64,000 nt of DNA from a virus (Duplodnaviria > Heunggongvirae > Uroviricota > Caudoviricetes). The stretch lies in IMG/VR virus record IMGVR_UViG_3300033463_000003; one strand, 5' to 3'. The translations under genes and the position numbers were made by a program. The notes below the pieces were generated by a model. The model saw only the letters and a list, made by a program, of their open reading frames with translations. It did no database searches and was not told the origin of the DNA. Below are positions 52,192 through 60,717 of this stretch, piece by piece. The stretch's first letter is position 1; each line of letters opens with the position of its first letter.

Positions 52192-52797
52192 ATGGAACTT
52201 AGATTTGCAAAAAAAGAAGCTGAAGGTAAAGTTAAGGAAGTTCAAAATGTTTTAGATGACCTTATTGAAAAGCATAAAAAAGAAACAGCTGAAAATGAAG
52301 ATTACCAGGCTATGATGACTGAATATAAAAAGAGCCTTGGCAAAATCAATAAAGATGGTTGTAGTAGCCCTTGGGAATGGAGCTATGGACTAGATTATTT
52401 AGTTGAATTTCTTCGTTTCATGAAAGATTATTACACTTTAGGCGTGAATGTCTGGGCAATGGAAAGAAAGGATGAAGATCCTAAAAAATATAAAAATGCT
52501 CCAACCAGACTTCAGACTTTAACTAAAACTCTTGAATACTACGATAAATGGCAAAATCTTGAAGATGAATATATTACAGTAGTTGAACATCCAGAAACAT
52601 TTAAAGAACATGATAATGGCGATGGAACTGTTACTATTGATGACTTTGGTTTCCATTGTGAATATAAATATGGACCTAAAAATAATAGAAGAAAAGCTAT
52701 GAAAATTACATACAAAAAATTATATAAAGCCCAACAAAAATATAAAAAATTATTCTTCATGTCATTATTTGAACATATTGAAGAGTGGTGAGATTAA
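52192..52797 (+). CDS. Hypothetical protein ending W-W-D (code 4; TGA 52789)
   Basis: EEW[TGA]D-TAA; WWD C-termini are frequent in such phage proteins. Confidence 0.6.
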
Positions 52798-52808
52798 AGG
52801 GGGGCTCT

Positions 52809-53153
52809 ATGAAAGAATACAATAGAATTTATTTTAATAAAAATGACGTGGCAGCTGGTTTACACTTAAAGTTTGTAAATTTTCTTTTATCTAACCTTGA
52901 AACTAGTGACTATAGAGTTGATGTCCATATATTTACAGAAGATTGTGATGCTATTGTTGTTGAGTTTGCAAGGCAACTTTGGGATTGCATAGATGATATG
53001 GGCAAATTTGAATTTGTTAATGGTGATGAAGCTGTTGTAAAAGAAGTTATATTACCAGATAATACATTTACATATGCTGATAGCGAAGAAGAGGCAAAAT
53101 CATTAATTGATGATTGGTATAAAGCACGTAAGAAAGTAAAGGATAAAGAATAA
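52809..53153 (+). CDS. Hypothetical protein, paralogue of 1582..2010
   Basis: Shared motifs listed for 1582..2010. Confidence 0.6.
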   Translation: MKEYNRIYFNKNDVAAGLHLKFVNFLLSNLETSDYRVDVHIFTEDCDAIVVEFARQLWDCIDDMGKFEFVNGDEAVVKEVILPDNTFTYADSEEEAKSLIDDWYKARKKVKDKE

Positions 53154-53344
53154 TGAAAAAGTTTTGGGAAACAGTATTAAAAGTATTAGAAACAATTGTT
53201 GGTGTTATTTTAGCATTTATTGGTGCTATTTTAATTTCCCCATTTGTTGTTTTATATGTTTTATTTGCATTACCTTGTGCTGTTATTGCTGATATTTGGG
53301 ATAAGCCAGAAGTAATTTATAGTAGTTGGGGGAGTGAAGAATAG
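53153..53344 (+). CDS. Small membrane protein
   Basis: Long hydrophobic stretch. Confidence 0.5.
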   Translation: MKKFWETVLKVLETIVGVILAFIGAILISPFVVLYVLFALPCAVIADIWDKPEVIYSSWGSEE

Positions 53345-54261
53345 TGAAATATTTTATTGTATCAGACATCCATAGTTTTGCTACAGAATTAAAATACGCA
53401 TTAAAAGGTGCTGGTTTTGATAAGAAAAATAAAGATCACACATTAGTTGTAGTTGGTGATATTTTTGACCGTGGTGATGAAACAATTGAAACATATAATT
53501 TTCTTTCTTCAATTCCTAAAAAGCGTTGTATCTTAATTAAAGGCAATCATGAATTCTTATTTAGGGACTTACTTAGAAAGAGCTGGCCAGAAAGCCATGA
53601 TTTTTCTAACCATACAGTTGATACATTTTGTCAAATTGCCCATCGTGATATTGCTGATTTACACAATGGTGATGTAGACTGGGAAGAAATTAAAGCTTTT
53701 GTTAAAACAAGTAAAATCTGGGCATGGCTTCAATCAAAACAATGGAAAAACTATTTTGAATTAGGTCCTTATATTTTCTGTCATTCATTTATTCCCGTTA
53801 GTTTAAAACCAAAGTTTAAATCAGCAGCTATGTATTATGGGACTTGGAACCTATCTGGTAAAGCATTTAAATATTGGGATGATTGGCGTAATGCTATGGA
53901 TTTTCAATGGGAAGATGCAACCTGGGGAGACCCAATTGACTACTACCAAGCTGGATTATTTGAAGAAGAAAGTAAAAAAGGTAAAGTATTGGTAGTCGGG
54001 CACTGGCATGTTTCTGATTTCTGGAAGCGCCTTGCAAATATTAAAAGCTATGAAAGTCCAATTACTGAAATATATTATAGTAAAGATTTTATTGGACTTG
54101 ATTGTGGTGTATTTCGTGAACCATATGGAGGCTATTTCCACCCACAAAATGTCTTAGTTATTGATGATGCAGATTTTAGTAAGTGTTATGATACTTATGG
54201 TTATGAGCTTGAATATGTAAAACCTGCACGAATTATTGAAACTGTTACACCAAAAAGCTAA
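53344..54261 (+). CDS. Metallophosphoesterase (Ser/Thr phosphatase family)
   Basis: SDIHS, GDIFDRG, GNHE, GHWH. Confidence 0.85.
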   Translation: MKYFIVSDIHSFATELKYALKGAGFDKKNKDHTLVVVGDIFDRGDETIETYNFLSSIPKKRCILIKGNHEFLFRDLLRKSWPESHDFSNHTVDTFCQIAHRDIADLHNGDVDWEEIKAFVKTSKIWAWLQSKQWKNYFELGPYIFCHSFIPVSLKPKFKSAAMYYGTWNLSGKAFKYWDDWRNAMDFQWEDATWGDPIDYYQAGLFEEESKKGKVLVVGHWHVSDFWKRLANIKSYESPITEIYYSKDFIGLDCGVFREPYGGYFHPQNVLVIDDADFSKCYDTYGYELEYVKPARIIETVTPKS

Positions 54262-54338
54262 ATCTTAACTGGTAGCACAGTTAGATAAAGTTTTAGTTGT
54301 GCTACCATTTTATTTGCTAAATTTATTGAGGCAAAAGT

Positions 54339-54734
54339 ATGAAAACTAAAATTAAAAGATATTGCGAATGATGTGGAAATGAAATTAAAGATCGACATGC
54401 TAAAAAATTTTGTTGTAGAGCCTGTTATCTTGAAGCACATAAATTAGAACACTATAAAAAATATTTAGAAGATAATTCTATTGCATGGGGCATTCAAAAC
54501 ATGCAGCGATATAAAAAATATTTTTTAGAAGAACAAAATCATAAGTGTGCTATTTGTGGCTGCGATGATACTTGACAAGGTAAACAACTAGTATTTATAT
54601 TAGATCATATTGATGGCAATGCCGATAATAATAACCGAGATAATTTAAGGCTAATTTGCCCAAATTGTGACTCGCAATTAGATACTTATAAATCAAAAAA
54701 TAAAAATTCAGCTAGAAAAAAATATCGTAAATAA
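54339..54734 (+). CDS. HNH endonuclease (code 4; TGA at 54369 and 54573), absent from ORF track
   Basis: CAICG...T[TGA]QGKQL...LDHIDG..NN...NLRL.CPNC.SQ..TY..KN; Trp is typical at this position in the family. Confidence 0.88.
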
Positions 54735-54748
54735 TGTATATTATATTT

Positions 54749-55031
54749 AGGAGAGTGGTGTAACGGTAGCACAGCGGTCTTCTGTTAATTGGAGCACTTA
54801 TTAAGGGATTAGTAAGTGAATGGTGTAAATTCAATGAACCCTGTAAAATGGTAACGTTGAGCGAAGCCTCGAAAGAGGAACGTGCAGAGACTATAATCAC
54901 CCATCTAGACCAGATGAAAGCATAGTCCAGACCACAAACTGTTAGGCAATGAAAATTGTAGTGGTAAGCAAAACCGTAAAGAGGAGCTTCCAAAACTCCG
55001 GGCGCGGGTTCGAATCCTGTCTCTCCTGCCA
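54749..55031 (+). tRNA. tRNA with anticodon UCA (UGA-decoding, Trp-type), split by a group I intron, with 26-nt extra arm
   Basis: Exons 54749-54781 + 54969-55031 rejoin to GCGGT-CT-TCA-AA-ACCGT; acceptor AGGAGAG/CTCTCCT, G73, CCA; A1-U72, G2-C71, G3-C70 as in bacterial tRNA-Trp. Confidence 0.85.
54782..54968 (+). mobile_element. Group I intron (187 nt, resembling the tRNA-Leu(UAA) IC3 type), no ORF
   Basis: P/Q/R/S-like elements AAATTCAATGAA, GTTGAGCGAAG, GTGCAGAGACTA, GCATAGTCC; P7 GACTA/TAGTC; U.G wobble at 5' splice site; terminal G. Confidence 0.88.
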
Positions 55032-55097
55032 TAAGTTTATATTAATTTAAAAAATATAAGCTAAATTAAATGAGTTTGAGTAAATCAAACTTACATA

Positions 55098-55166
55098 GTG
55101 AAAAGCACACCCGTAGAAATGCGGGGTCGCAAAACTATAGGGTCTTATTAAAGATAGCCAGTTGCC
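55098..55166 (+). promoter_or_regulatory. GEMM-I (c-di-GMP-I family) riboswitch aptamer, A20 variant
   Basis: G-CACAC-CCGTA-GAAA-TGCGG-GGTCGC-AAAACTATAGGGTCT...AGATAGCCAGTTGCC fits P2 (GAAA tetraloop), P3 and junction pattern. Confidence 0.85.
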
Positions 55167-55252
55167 TCAATCAAAGTATTTTGGTTGGGGCTTTATTTTT
55201 AATAAGATAGCCAGCTGCCTCAATCGTTCTATACGGTTGGGCATTTTATTTT
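55164..55252 (+). terminator. Two tandem intrinsic terminators, each preceded by a copy of the aptamer 3' end
   Basis: GCCTCAATC..GGTTGGGGC-TTTATTTTT, then GATAGCCAGCTGCCTCAATC..GGTTGGGC-ATTTTATTTT. Confidence 0.75.
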
Positions 55253-55273
55253 GTAGAAAAGGAGGCAAGGTTA

Positions 55274-55975
55274 TTGGATAGAGATATTGCATTAAAGTAT
55301 GTCAGACGAAAAAAACGCAATAAAAGAGTCGCAATAATTTCAGGCATTAGCACAATAATTCTTACAATATTCATAATTATTGCCTTCAGTCTGATTCATG
55401 TTGATAGATTTACTATCACAACAAGTGAAGAGCCTGAGCTGTGCTTAACACTTAATCAAAAAGAGTTTACAACTAAACTTACAGCTCCTCCACTTCTTAA
55501 AGCAACAGATACTCAATATACTTACGTAATTGAAAATCTGGATGAAACTGAAGGGAGTAAAAACACAGATTATTATTTCGCTTATTCCTTCTATTTAGGT
55601 GGCCAGGGTAAATCAGAGAGTATAAACTATAACTTAGCTTTATCGCTTGATAAATACTCAAATAACATTGAAGAAGCAATAAGAGTGATGATAATAAGGA
55701 ATGGTATAAAAGAAGTTTATGCTAAACCAGACCAAAATGGAGAAGCTAAACCAATCTATTACGGTGAAACACATGAAAGTGCACCAGAACAAATTGGAAT
55801 AACAACACCATTTAGATCAAATAAAAACATTATAGTTGAAGCGTACGAAATCAAACCTGGCGACTTTGATAAATACACAATTGTAATGTGGATCGACGGT
55901 TGGGAATCCGTCAACGAAATGAAGGGCGGGGTGTTCTCAGCCAATATAAAATTCTCAACTCATTCAATTAATTAA
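55274..55975 (+). CDS. Membrane-anchored extracellular protein
   Basis: Basic N-terminus plus one TM helix; TTG start with GGAGG RBS. Confidence 0.65.
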   Translation: MDRDIALKYVRRKKRNKRVAIISGISTIILTIFIIIAFSLIHVDRFTITTSEEPELCLTLNQKEFTTKLTAPPLLKATDTQYTYVIENLDETEGSKNTDYYFAYSFYLGGQGKSESINYNLALSLDKYSNNIEEAIRVMIIRNGIKEVYAKPDQNGEAKPIYYGETHESAPEQIGITTPFRSNKNIIVEAYEIKPGDFDKYTIVMWIDGWESVNEMKGGVFSANIKFSTHSIN

Positions 55976-55995
55976 TTTTAAGGAGAAAAAGAAAA

Positions 55996-56892
55996 ATGAA
56001 AAGAAAATCAAAAATCTTAGCAGCTGCTATTGGATTATTAGCATTTAGCACAGCTGCATCGATCACAGGCACAGTCGCTTGGTTCACAGCTAGTAATGTT
56101 GTTTCTGCCGAAGGTATTTATGTTATGGCAGAAAAAGAAGATGGTATTGTTATGGCTAATGAAGACTTTGATTCTTGGTCAACAGCTGTTCAAGCTTCAC
56201 ACGATGGCACAATTGGTAGTCCAGCGGCTCAAGCAGGATTTATTCCAACAAGTACAAAAGATGCTTCTACATGGGCACATGCTAGTGCAGTTCAAGCAGA
56301 CGATGAATTAGCTGTTGAATCTTCATATGCATTAGTTACACCAACATTAAATGGTTCCGATACTGGTATTTATAAAGCTTCTATTAACAATGTTGATAAG
56401 AATATTTATTTATTAAATACTTTCTATCTTAAATCAGCAAGCACAGACCCAATTTCTGGCAATTTATATTCTTATGTTAAAGCTGAAGTTGTTGGTACAA
56501 GCGTTAGTGTTGAATTAAATAAAGCTTTAAGAGTTTTAGTTAAATATGGCTCTGATGTTAATGTCTATGCTCCAATTAATGGTGCAACTACTTCTTACTC
56601 TGTTTGTACAGCTATTAACTCTGGTGATAATCCAGCAACCACAGATGTTACTGAAACAAGCTATCCAACAAAAGAATCTGTTTCAGCTCTTACTGGTGCC
56701 ACTACAAACTTATTAAAGAGTAATGTTACAATTCCAGCAAATAATCCAGATAGTGTAAATGTTAATACTTTCCCAGTAAACGTTTACTGCTACTTTGAAG
56801 GTGAAGATGCTGCTTGCTTCTCTAATAACATTAAAGCAACATTAGATCAACTTTCAATTACTGTTAAACTTGGAACTAGTTCAACTCTTTAG
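55996..56892 (+). CDS. Secreted fibre/pilin-like protein with SipW-cognate-type signal peptide
   Basis: Basic-hydrophobic leader ending GTVAWF; Thr/Ser/Asn-rich beta body. Confidence 0.6.
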   Translation: MKRKSKILAAAIGLLAFSTAASITGTVAWFTASNVVSAEGIYVMAEKEDGIVMANEDFDSWSTAVQASHDGTIGSPAAQAGFIPTSTKDASTWAHASAVQADDELAVESSYALVTPTLNGSDTGIYKASINNVDKNIYLLNTFYLKSASTDPISGNLYSYVKAEVVGTSVSVELNKALRVLVKYGSDVNVYAPINGATTSYSVCTAINSGDNPATTDVTETSYPTKESVSALTGATTNLLKSNVTIPANNPDSVNVNTFPVNVYCYFEGEDAACFSNNIKATLDQLSITVKLGTSSTL

Positions 56893-56967
56893 TATCTAGT
56901 TTAATTAAATAACTTAGGGCTAGATACGCCAATCTAGCCCTTTATTTCCCTTAAAGGAGGCTTAAGT

Positions 56968-57642
56968 ATGTCTAAGAAAACAATTAAATTAATTGCAGCT
57001 ACTTCTATGGCTATCTTTAATTTACTTGCTTTATTTGCTGGTACTTTTGCCTGGTTTGTAAATACTAAAAAAATAGATGGTAATAATATAGCTGTGCAAA
57101 TGGAAGCACATGAATTAAATTTATCACATAGTATTTATAAATTTGATGATAATTTAAAATCTATAGTAGAAGTTAATACTTTAGATTTAAATCCATATGA
57201 TACTGTTATTACTGAAAGAAATGAAAATAATGCTATCATAATTAAAGCAACTTTGCAGAGTAATATGTTTAGTGACCAAGCTACAGCTGATGTAAATATT
57301 AAATTACACTGCTTAGAAGAATATGCCACTACAGATTATCTTTCAAATATTACACATTTTAAGTTTGCCCCACTTTCTATTACTTCTACCAACATTACAG
57401 ATATTTACAATCAAGCTGTAGCTGGTTTAGAAAATGAGACACCATTAAAATTTATTACAACAGTTAAATTAACTGAAATTGAAACAACTATTATAAATGC
57501 GCCAATTATTAATAATCAAGTAGTTATTTATGGCTTATTTAACTATGATGAACCATTAATTACTGCACGTGGAATTGACTTTGAAGAAGCACCAACATTT
57601 AGTAATGATATAGACTGGTTGAGGTTTGGAATACATGATTAA
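56968..57642 (+). CDS. Secreted protein with SipW-cognate-type signal peptide
   Basis: Leader ending GTFAWF. Confidence 0.6.
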   Translation: MSKKTIKLIAATSMAIFNLLALFAGTFAWFVNTKKIDGNNIAVQMEAHELNLSHSIYKFDDNLKSIVEVNTLDLNPYDTVITERNENNAIIIKATLQSNMFSDQATADVNIKLHCLEEYATTDYLSNITHFKFAPLSITSTNITDIYNQAVAGLENETPLKFITTVKLTEIETTIINAPIINNQVVIYGLFNYDEPLITARGIDFEEAPTFSNDIDWLRFGIHD

Positions 57643-59953
57643 AAAACGTTTTGCTTATATTTTAATCACTTTATTCTCTGGACTATTATTAGCATTGTCT
57701 GGAATTACTTTAGCTTGGTTTTTCAATACTACTGCAGATATTAATATTACTGCTGATGGTGAAATTTTTACAAATTATTTTCATTGCGGTAATGGTTCTG
57801 AGGATGAGCCATATGTAATTACTCGCCCAGTGCATTTATATAACTTAACAAAACTATATGAAGAACTTCCAGATTTTGCTTCTTCTAATCATCATTTTCA
57901 ACTTGGTTATGATTTAGAAAATAATGGTAATTTAGAATTCTATTCTTATAATGATGCCGGAGTTCAACAATCGGGATATTCTGATAGTTTAAACATGAAT
58001 TATTATGAAAACTTTGTTCCAATTGGCAGCGAAATAAAGCCATTTGGAGGCACTTTCGATGGTTCTAGCTTAACTATTAATAACTTAAATATTTCAGGCT
58101 CAGGAATTTCAGATATTGGTGTTTTTGGTTATGTTACTAAAGATGCTGAAATTAAGGATTTATATATTAATAACTTAGAAATTGATATTACAGATGCAGT
58201 TGATGATGAACATAATCATAGTAATGCTTATGTTGGTTATATTGCAGGCCATATTGATGATGCAACCTGTTTTACAAATACTTATGTAAATAACTGTGAA
58301 ATTACTGGTAATTCAGTATTAACCAAAAATGACTGGGGCTATTTCGGTTATTGTAAAAATGCTGCTTCTATTCAAGCTTTTATTGATAAAGCTAAAGAAG
58401 GTCAAGGTGAGGCCAGCACTTGGGGTGGCTCAATCGCTTTTGATGCTTTCAACCAAAGATTATATCATCACATAAGTTCAGCAAGCAATATTAGATTTAA
58501 AAACGGAAATTCTACATATACAAACGGTTTAATTAGAACTGAGTCCGATAGTGATAGTGCTATTACAGTTTATAGAGGCGGCAATGCTTCTACAGCAGCT
58601 ACTTATTTAAGTCAAGACCCAGCAAATAATTATGTTGTTTATAATATGATTGGTGCTGGAACTCACTCAATTAATAATAAGCAAAATAATTCTGGCACTA
58701 CTTATACTGCTACTTCTGCTGTTAATGGTACTTATGAGCCATTAATTATTGATAGTGATTATACTGTTGCTGATAGAAATACAGGTTATTTAACTAGCTC
58801 ACAATATACTCAAAATGGTTCAAGCCACTACTACAATGCCATTGATGGTACTGTTCGTTCAGCCTCTTATCCAAATGGTCAAATTGCAAACTCTTTAGAT
58901 GACAGTTATCATAATCAAAGCAGTCTATATAATGGTTCAACCGGTGGCCCAAAATTTACTTATGATGGTAGTAAGCTTGAAATCTTAACAAACAGCTCTG
59001 CTTCTTATGGTGCCAGTAATTATAGATTAATTAGCGATGATTATAATTCAGGCCACACTGTTTCTAATTCAGCTTTAACAGGTTATACAAAAACTAACTA
59101 TGACACATTAGGCTTAAAAAGATATAAGTCAGCTAGAGCTCATTTAGAACAAGTTTTATCCGGAAGTCAATATGTTCATGGTATTCACTTTATGGGTGAG
59201 GCTCCTGCTGCAAATAAAACAGTTAATGTCCCCCATGCAGTGATTAATGGTGAAGTGAACTCTAATTATCCAGTTTTATTAAGCACTGTTGACTTCGTAG
59301 TTCAAGAAGAAGGCTATATCACCTTATTTGCTGGCGCTTATTATCCAGCAACGCAAACTACTATTGCTGATAGTTTCTTTGATTTATATAAAGTAAATAG
59401 AAATGCTAACGGTGGTATTGCTTCTATTCAAAAAGTATATAAAATTTATAAAGATTCTAATAATAATTATACTTATACAAGTTCAGCTAATCAAACAGTA
59501 TCAGGTGCAACTTTAATGTTTGATATGAGCTATTTAACAAGTCAGCCACCAAAGAATAATGTTGCTTACTATTTTGAAATTCCAGTTGATGCTGGTGAAT
59601 TTGCTATTGGTGCTGTATCTGGAAAAACTGCTGGCGCTTATTTAATGTATCTTGACTTAGGAACAAATGGTGGTGAGGGCCAAGAAGAAACATTGGTTGA
59701 TGATTTTGGCTCAGTTGAATATAGAACAACGCCAGATACAGTAGAACATAATATAGTTTTAATTACTTATATTCAACAAGCGTCTCAAACAAACACATTA
59801 TCAGTTGTTTACATTGAAAGTGAAAAAAGATATAATATTTCATATTCTGGCACACTTACTCAAATTATAGTTACAGTTTTAAATACTGACTATTATGTCT
59901 ATTTTAATGGCACTCTATTGCTGCAGGAAATTCAATCAAATTACTTAAATTAA
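57635..59953 (+). CDS. Large adhesin-like secreted protein with SipW-type leader and GLUG-like segment
   Basis: Leader ending ITLAWF; G.G...PY.I, F.G.FDG...TI.NL.I, G.FGY pattern. Confidence 0.6.
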   Translation: MIKKRFAYILITLFSGLLLALSGITLAWFFNTTADINITADGEIFTNYFHCGNGSEDEPYVITRPVHLYNLTKLYEELPDFASSNHHFQLGYDLENNGNLEFYSYNDAGVQQSGYSDSLNMNYYENFVPIGSEIKPFGGTFDGSSLTINNLNISGSGISDIGVFGYVTKDAEIKDLYINNLEIDITDAVDDEHNHSNAYVGYIAGHIDDATCFTNTYVNNCEITGNSVLTKNDWGYFGYCKNAASIQAFIDKAKEGQGEASTWGGSIAFDAFNQRLYHHISSASNIRFKNGNSTYTNGLIRTESDSDSAITVYRGGNASTAATYLSQDPANNYVVYNMIGAGTHSINNKQNNSGTTYTATSAVNGTYEPLIIDSDYTVADRNTGYLTSSQYTQNGSSHYYNAIDGTVRSASYPNGQIANSLDDSYHNQSSLYNGSTGGPKFTYDGSKLEILTNSSASYGASNYRLISDDYNSGHTVSNSALTGYTKTNYDTLGLKRYKSARAHLEQVLSGSQYVHGIHFMGEAPAANKTVNVPHAVINGEVNSNYPVLLSTVDFVVQEEGYITLFAGAYYPATQTTIADSFFDLYKVNRNANGGIASIQKVYKIYKDSNNNYTYTSSANQTVSGATLMFDMSYLTSQPPKNNVAYYFEIPVDAGEFAIGAVSGKTAGAYLMYLDLGTNGGEGQEETLVDDFGSVEYRTTPDTVEHNIVLITYIQQASQTNTLSVVYIESEKRYNISYSGTLTQIIVTVLNTDYYVYFNGTLLLQEIQSNYLN

Positions 59954-59971
59954 TGTTGTATAATATTAAAT

Positions 59972-60181
59972 ATGATATATAGAATTTTTTGGATAAACCC
60001 AGATAAACAAAGACAAGAAGTATCTGAATTTGAAGACCAAACTATTGCATTATTTGTAGCGAAGAAAAAAGTAAATGAAGGTATGCAAAATGTTGTCATT
60101 CAGCTTTTTCCAGGTAGCCAAACAATTCCAGATGATGCTATACCTGTTGTAGATGCTAAAATAGAAGAAGAAAATAATTAA
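59972..60181 (+). CDS. Hypothetical protein
   Basis: Own TATAAT promoter. Confidence 0.5.
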   Translation: MIYRIFWINPDKQRQEVSEFEDQTIALFVAKKKVNEGMQNVVIQLFPGSQTIPDDAIPVVDAKIEEENN

Positions 60182-60230
60182 ATTTTAAAAAAGATATTTA
60201 CAATTATAAAAAATAGTTGTATATTATATA

Positions 60231-60476
60231 TGTAATCACCTGTGTCGGGGTTCCACAGCTATCTTGGCTGTCATTGCCTGCCCAGCTGCCTGAGCTAAAT
60301 GTATACTAGCTCATATAACCTGGTGTCATTGCGGGCTAAGTGTGGAATAACGAGCGTTAGCCAACCTAGTCGGAGGGTCAGATCGTAATCACCTGACGTT
60401 AAATCAAGGATACTCCGTGAATAAGTAGTTGGAGAAGAGTAGGATACAAATAGCAGAGCGCCCGCAGAAGATTACA
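60231..60476 (+). ncRNA. Candidate ~245-nt structured ncRNA
   Basis: GC-rich island closed by TGTAATC/GATTACA; internal stems GCGGG/CCCGC, CCAAC/GTTGG, CGGAG/CTCCG, GAGCTA/TAGCTC, TTCCACA/TGTGGAA; sigma70-like promoter upstream. Confidence 0.6.
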
Positions 60477-60548
60477 GCAATTCTTAAAAAAGAATGTGCT
60501 AAATTAAAAGTAAGCAAGTTAGCAAGGCTTACAACAGCTAATTTGCAT

Positions 60549-60605
60549 GAGCCTATACTTATTTCTATTTTTAAAGAGATCATGAAGAAAAAGGTTAGTT
60601 AGGCC
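60549..60605 (+). ncRNA. Conserved carrier element copy A (short cargo)
   Basis: GAGCCTATACTTATTTCT...GTTAGTTAGGCC. Confidence 0.7.
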
Positions 60606-60636
60606 AATAATTTTAAGAAGAAGGAGTTAAAAGAGT

Positions 60637-60717
60637 ATGTTAAGAAATGTTACTGTTAACGTTAGACCTACAGCAACAGCCAAACCAGCATTTGGTACTT
60701 TTGAACATGCTTGTTAA
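60637..60717 (+). CDS. Small 26-aa ORF
   Basis: AAGGAG RBS; followed by a terminator at about 60748-60786. Confidence 0.35.
   Translation: MLRNVTVNVRPTATAKPAFGTFEHAC

Noticed and set aside
591-54734. TGA-interrupted genes as pseudogenes or sequencing errors
   Set aside because: All interruptions are TGA, with no TAA/TAG or frameshifts. They fall at Trp-expected positions, and a UCA tRNA is encoded.
54749-55031. tRNA-Sec (UCA anticodon plus long variable arm)
   Set aside because: Acceptor stem is 7 bp and D-stem 4 bp with Trp-type identity pairs. No selA/selB/selD is in the window, and TGA sites align with Trp rather than Cys.
54712-55032. 106-aa minus-strand ORF
   Set aside because: Antisense shadow of the tRNA and intron (GFEP pattern typical of reversed T-arms).
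93-57329. Numerous short minus-strand or alternate-frame ORFs nested in larger genes (e.g. 3544..3900, 24241..24459, 37531..37869, 41361..41642)
   Set aside because: Shadow ORFs of AT-rich coding sequence with no RBS or motifs.
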